Of a stretch of 64,000 nt of DNA, positions 59,502-64,000 are shown in pieces. Position 1 is the stretch's first letter; the number at the start of each line of letters is the position of its first letter. The stretch comes from an uncultured Flavobacteriaceae bacterium (GTDB lineage Bacteria > Bacteroidota > Bacteroidia > Flavobacteriales > Flavobacteriaceae): NCBI GenBank assembly GCA_964586115.1, contig CAZPHF010000001.1, forward strand, positions 9,766-73,765, in the 5' to 3' direction. The position numbers and the translations under genes are program-made. The notes beneath the pieces were generated by a model that saw only the letters and a program-made list of their open reading frames with translations, did not search any database and was not told the DNA's origin.

Positions 59502-59527
59502 AGACTGTTAAACGGGTAAAAGGTTTA
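59502..59527 (-). promoter_or_regulatory. Candidate ECF-type promoter upstream of the ECF sigma gene
   Basis: Minus strand TAAAC-cttttacccgtttaac-AGTCT (AAC-N16-nGTC), 17 bp before the GTG start. Confidence 0.55.
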
Positions 59528-59564
59528 AAGTTCCTTAAAAAAAAGAAGGCTACCAAAATAAAAC

Positions 59565-62021
59565 TTAAAATCTCATGGCAACTTTGAGGTTAAGAACCCT
59601 GCCGCTTAAATAGTTAGGAATAGCCACATAACGGTTGGAAGACACATCTTTGACCCAAGTATTTGTGATCGAATTTTGATTGTCAAACATGTTGAATAAC
59701 TCCAGGCCTGCAGACAATTGCTTGAATTTTTTCTGCCAATTGGCTTTTGGAGGATTGTTAAGATCTACAAAAACATAAGAAATTCCTATGTCTGATCTAA
59801 AATAGGCCTTTAATCGATTCTGGTATTGATATGGATCAGCGTAAGATGGTGAACCACCTGGTACACCGGTATTATAAACCAGATTCAAATACATTTTTAA
59901 GCTTGGAACTGATGGAACATAGTCCTGGAACAGTAAGGCAAATTTAAATCGTTGGTCAGTAGGGCGTGAAATATAGCCCCTGTCATCAATATTCTCTTCT
60001 GTTTGCAAGTACCCAATGCTAAACCAGGATTCAGTACCGGGAACGAATTCTCCGTTAAGCCTGAGATCAACTCCAGCTGCATAGGCAACGGCATTGTTTC
60101 TCGCTCTGTACCTAATTTTTACATTATCTATGGTAAATGGATTCACCTCAGTAAGGTGCTTGTAGTAGACCTCGCTCACCAGCTTAAAGGGTCTGTTCCA
60201 CAGCTTAAAGCTATAGTCATGACCTAAGACAATATGTATCGATTTTTGAGCTTTTACCTCTGGGTGAACCGTCCCTAGGGAATCACGTAATTCTCGGTAA
60301 AAGGGAGGTTGGTAATATAGCCCTCCGGATACCCTAAAAAGCATATCATTATCCCAATTAGGCTTTATTGAAAATTGACCCCTAGGACTAACCACAGTAT
60401 GACTATCAGATACAAGACCATCTCCTTCTATTTGCCAGTGCTGGGCTCTTACTCCAAGGTTGTACCAAACGGTATGTTCGTTAATAAAGGATTTTTTGCT
60501 CCATTGTGCGAAACCCGAAACCCGTTGTATAGTGACATCATTTTCTGCATTGATATTAATAAAAGGCACTATCGGACCGGTGAAAGGCTCATAGGGTTCA
60601 TCATTTCTTGGTAAAAGGTATGGAGGCCTTAAAGAAAACCCAGAAGAATCAACAACCTGCCATTCATTGATTTTGTCTTTTATATTTTCATGTTGATACT
60701 TGGCTCCAAATTCAAAAAGATTAGAGTTGACTCTCCAATTCGCAGAAAGTTTTATACTATTGATTTGGGCCTTTAAGTTGTTTCTTGCATGGTCAAGTTG
60801 TGAACCTATGGATTGAACAAAATTAGAATCACCAAAATTATCCGATCCAAAGTCGGCATTTACTTCACCAAGTCCGTAAAATGAAAGAATATCGTAATAT
60901 TCTTGTTCCTGGGTATTGTATGAAGATGCAGTTAAAGAAACTGAGAAATTATCTGAAAACTTATAATTTCCTTTAAGCGCACCAAAAAGGGTTTCATATC
61001 GATCTTCCTCTTTACCTTCATAATTGACCACTAAGGATAAGGGATTTGTTAAGGTGCCAAAATTTGTTTGTCTGGATCTTGGTGTAAAATCAAAATTATT
61101 GAGAGAATAACTTCCTAAAAAATCTAAAGAGAATTTTTCACTGAAATCATAGGAAAGATACATCTGAACATCCGTATAATTCGGATTGAAATTCGCATCT
61201 AAATCATTGCTGTTTAGAAACAAACTGTTATTCCTGTATCTGGCACCTACAAGCGCCTTGAATTTTTCATTTTTAGATAAGCCTTCAACAGAAACGGAAG
61301 CACCAAGAAAGCTGGCCTCCACACTTGCACCAAATCGGGATGGTTTACGATAGGTAATGTCGAGAACTGAAGAAAGTTTGTCACCGTATTTGGCTTGAAA
61401 TCCCCCTGCAGAAAAATCTACATTCTGAGTCAATTCGGGATTAACAAAACTCAAGCCTTCCTGACGACCTGACCTTACCAGAAAGGATCGGTAGATTTCA
61501 ATTCCGTTGACATAAACAAGATTTTCTTCAAAACTACCTCCTCTAACGTTGTATTGCGTACTTAATTCATTGTTAAAGTTCACTCCGGGAAGCATTTTTA
61601 AAACGCTTTCTATGCCTTGATTCGCACTAGGTAATAGTTGTGCAGTACGACTGTCTATACCCACTAAGCCCTGGATATTGGCTTTTTGATCAATGATAAT
61701 GACTTCATCAATAGATTCAGTCTTAAAATATAATCGTGGTGAAAAGTAAAGTGTTTTTCCTTTTTGAACCCTAAAAGTTTTGGTAAAGCTATTGTATGAC
61801 ACATGACCATAGCGCACGGTTATACTTTTTCCTGCCGGAATAAGAATTTCATATGAACCATCCTTATTTGTCACGGCACCAAGGTTACCTATACTTACAG
61901 TTGCATTTTCAATGGGTCTATTGATACTATCTAAAACCTTACCCTTGATGGTTGCAGTTTGTCCTGATAATAATTGCACTGAAAGGCTAAAAAGTAAAAT
62001 GATGAGAAACTTTGCTTTCAA
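59565..62021 (-). CDS. TonB-dependent-receptor-like outer-membrane protein with N-terminal carboxypeptidase-regulatory-like domain
   Basis: Signal peptide; GKVLDS...IENATV, NELSTQYNVRGG, GGFQAKYGDKLSSVLDI; C-terminal F. Confidence 0.85.
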   Translation of the reverse strand: MKAKFLIILLFSLSVQLLSGQTATIKGKVLDSINRPIENATVSIGNLGAVTNKDGSYEILIPAGKSITVRYGHVSYNSFTKTFRVQKGKTLYFSPRLYFKTESIDEVIIIDQKANIQGLVGIDSRTAQLLPSANQGIESVLKMLPGVNFNNELSTQYNVRGGSFEENLVYVNGIEIYRSFLVRSGRQEGLSFVNPELTQNVDFSAGGFQAKYGDKLSSVLDITYRKPSRFGASVEASFLGASVSVEGLSKNEKFKALVGARYRNNSLFLNSNDLDANFNPNYTDVQMYLSYDFSEKFSLDFLGSYSLNNFDFTPRSRQTNFGTLTNPLSLVVNYEGKEEDRYETLFGALKGNYKFSDNFSVSLTASSYNTQEQEYYDILSFYGLGEVNADFGSDNFGDSNFVQSIGSQLDHARNNLKAQINSIKLSANWRVNSNLFEFGAKYQHENIKDKINEWQVVDSSGFSLRPPYLLPRNDEPYEPFTGPIVPFININAENDVTIQRVSGFAQWSKKSFINEHTVWYNLGVRAQHWQIEGDGLVSDSHTVVSPRGQFSIKPNWDNDMLFRVSGGLYYQPPFYRELRDSLGTVHPEVKAQKSIHIVLGHDYSFKLWNRPFKLVSEVYYKHLTEVNPFTIDNVKIRYRARNNAVAYAAGVDLRLNGEFVPGTESWFSIGYLQTEENIDDRGYISRPTDQRFKFALLFQDYVPSVPSLKMYLNLVYNTGVPGGSPSYADPYQYQNRLKAYFRSDIGISYVFVDLNNPPKANWQKKFKQLSAGLELFNMFDNQNSITNTWVKDVSSNRYVAIPNYLSGRVLNLKVAMRF

Positions 62022-62035
62022 GGGGCTTTCAAGGT

Positions 62036-63733
62036 TTAATTCTTTTTATTAAATGTGGTTGTAAATGTAGTGGAATTATTTACATTATCCGTCACAACAA
62101 CTTTTAAATTATGTAAAGTTCCTTCCAGTGTTTTATCACTGAAATCATAAGTTAATATCCCATTTTTTGGATTGAACGCCATACGAATCCATTCACCATC
62201 TAGCTCAGCTCTATACGATTTAACTCCAGATCCCTTGTCGTGAATTCTTATTTTCATCGTACTAAATTTTGTAAGCCACTGTTCATTTTTAAAGCCAATA
62301 GCTTTTATTGTAGGTCTCAGATTATCAGATAATAAAGTATATTCACCTAAACTTTTACTCAAAGTGTATAGGGTGTTATCTTTTCTTTTCGTATTCACAT
62401 AATTTAACTTCCCGTACCTATTCTTCTTGGCAATATGTAAAGTTTTTAACTCCTCGGTACTCAATTTAGAAACATCAAATGAGAGTCTGAAATTTTTATG
62501 AACGGGAACACTGCTATTATGTAATTTAATGATTCCATTCTTATGGCTATAATCGAAATAGAAATCTTCATAAAATATATTTTTTGGAAAATATGCAGTA
62601 ATCAGTGAATCCTTGATTGTATTGTCTTGATTGGCCTTAAAAAAATGAGGTGTTTTATCAACTTTCTTTGGAATAATTATGGAATCTTTTTTTCCCTTAA
62701 TTGGGATGACTAGTTTTGTTTTGTTTCCTTCATAGTCTTTTGCAATTATAGAAACAGTATATTCCATGCTGTCTTTGACGTTGATATAACCATTTTTCAC
62801 TAGTTTTTTATAAAGACTTAAATTATTTATTTCATGCTCTACAAAGCATTTTTGCACTCTTTGTTTTAGTTTGATAAGCCTTTCAAAATCTATATAGGAA
62901 TTGATCAATCTTGATTCACTAAAAGAGAATTTGTTTGCAGTAAATTGAAATACTTTTTGACCATTGACCAGCATTTCAAGTGAATACAACCCGTTTCGAT
63001 TTATAGCACCATCCAGTCGATCATAGGCATTGATTCCGAAACCGATTTCACCATGAGCATAGATTGTATTGGCCAGGAAATCTCCATCATATTGTCGGTT
63101 AAAAACCAGTTGTACGTTTTCGGAGGATTGATTGACTTGGGAATCGTCATTTTTTGAATAGGCAAAAGCATTTTGGATCGTAGGATTTTTATGATCAGGA
63201 ATTTTGATACCAAAAGACAGGGGATTGAGCGTATTTGATTTAACATCTCTAATCTCATAATGGAGGTGGGGGCCTCCGGAACTTCCCGAATTGCCACTTA
63301 GCGCGATCAAATCACCCTTATTGACTTTTAGCTCAGAGGGTTTGGGATAGAGTCTGATCGTAAAACTTTCTTTTTCATATTGCTTTTTACGAATATAGGC
63401 ATCTATCTCTGGCGAAAATTTTTGAAGATGTCCGTAAACTGTGGTGTATCCATTTGGATGGGTGATATAGAGAGCATTCCCATAACCCCATAGAGAAACA
63501 TTAATCCTTGATACATAGCCGTCAGCAGCAGATAATACCTTATGACCCTCAACCTTTTGTGTCTTAATGTCGATACCAGCATGGAAATGATTGCTTCTCA
63601 ATTCTCCAAAAGTTCCAGACAAAACCAAAGGAATTTCAAGCGGATTGATAAAGTAATCCTTTGGATAGCTATCCTGTGGGAAAACAAATTGGGCCAATCC
63701 CAGAAAAAAAAAGGTGAATATTTTGTTGCGCAT
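62036..63733 (-). CDS. M23 family metallopeptidase
   Basis: HFHAGIDIKT (HxxxD), YGHL, GPHLHYEIR (HxH). Confidence 0.9.
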   Translation of the reverse strand: MRNKIFTFFFLGLAQFVFPQDSYPKDYFINPLEIPLVLSGTFGELRSNHFHAGIDIKTQKVEGHKVLSAADGYVSRINVSLWGYGNALYITHPNGYTTVYGHLQKFSPEIDAYIRKKQYEKESFTIRLYPKPSELKVNKGDLIALSGNSGSSGGPHLHYEIRDVKSNTLNPLSFGIKIPDHKNPTIQNAFAYSKNDDSQVNQSSENVQLVFNRQYDGDFLANTIYAHGEIGFGINAYDRLDGAINRNGLYSLEMLVNGQKVFQFTANKFSFSESRLINSYIDFERLIKLKQRVQKCFVEHEINNLSLYKKLVKNGYINVKDSMEYTVSIIAKDYEGNKTKLVIPIKGKKDSIIIPKKVDKTPHFFKANQDNTIKDSLITAYFPKNIFYEDFYFDYSHKNGIIKLHNSSVPVHKNFRLSFDVSKLSTEELKTLHIAKKNRYGKLNYVNTKRKDNTLYTLSKSLGEYTLLSDNLRPTIKAIGFKNEQWLTKFSTMKIRIHDKGSGVKSYRAELDGEWIRMAFNPKNGILTYDFSDKTLEGTLHNLKVVVTDNVNNSTTFTTTFNKKN

Positions 63734-63894
63734 AATTGCGCTAAAATAATAATAAGAGGTGAAATAAAAAACGTTTATTTTAAGTGATTATGATTCAATT
63801 ATTTGTTAAATGTTTTTATGGATTTATGTCAAAATAGTTGTTTTATAAAATTAGGTAGCTTAAATTTGTTGCAATTGTTTGATTCTTTGAGTTG

Positions 63895-64000
63895 ATGAAT
63901 AGATTATTTGAAATAGTGAACAATCTGGAGGCCAAGCTTTCGAAGATATTGAGTCAATACGCTATTTTGCAGCAGGAAAATTTAAAATTAATGCAGCAAA
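63895..64000 (+). CDS. 5' part of a coiled-coil protein (ZapB-like), truncated at the window end
   Basis: MNRLFEIVNNLEAKLSKILSQYAILQQENLKLMQQ...; TAAATTTG -7 box at 63861. I recall this position lying before zapA in flavobacteria. Confidence 0.55.
   Translation, partial: MNRLFEIVNNLEAKLSKILSQYAILQQENLKLMQQ

Noticed and set aside
1-64000. rRNA, tRNA, CRISPR arrays, IS elements, prophage
   Set aside because: All intergenic gaps were read and none shows tRNA arms, repeat-spacer periodicity or terminal inverted repeats; no integrase, transposase or phage ORFs were recognised.

Overview
AT-rich bacterial chromosomal segment with the gene content and promoter signature (TAnnTTTG -7 boxes) of a marine-type Flavobacteriaceae (Bacteroidota). 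It is mostly housekeeping and metabolic genes: prfC, idi, queD, aroB, glyA, sucC, fahA, mtnN, bshA, oxyR-dps, a beta-oxidation operon under a MarR regulator, two ABC systems, an NtrC-type regulator, an ECF sigma/anti-sigma triad, a TonB-type receptor and an M23 peptidase. I saw no rRNA, tRNA, CRISPR array, integrase or IS element. Most notable: (1) a tandem array of four small secreted proteins at 36.5-38.2 kb, two of which look like little more than a signal peptide plus a free-standing T9SS C-terminal-domain-like module, under clear purifying selection; (2) a glutamate-cysteine-ligase-family enzyme fused to CBS domains and coupled to an aspartoacylase-type deacylase; (3) a TlpA plus Cys/His-rich Asp-box lipoprotein pair; (4) a kdnA-kdsB-kdnB cluster (8-amino-Kdo); (5) a perfect 24-bp operator palindrome at the fad operon; (6) an in-frame-deleted fatty-acid hydroxylase remnant. 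All family calls come from motif recognition and recall; no database search was run.
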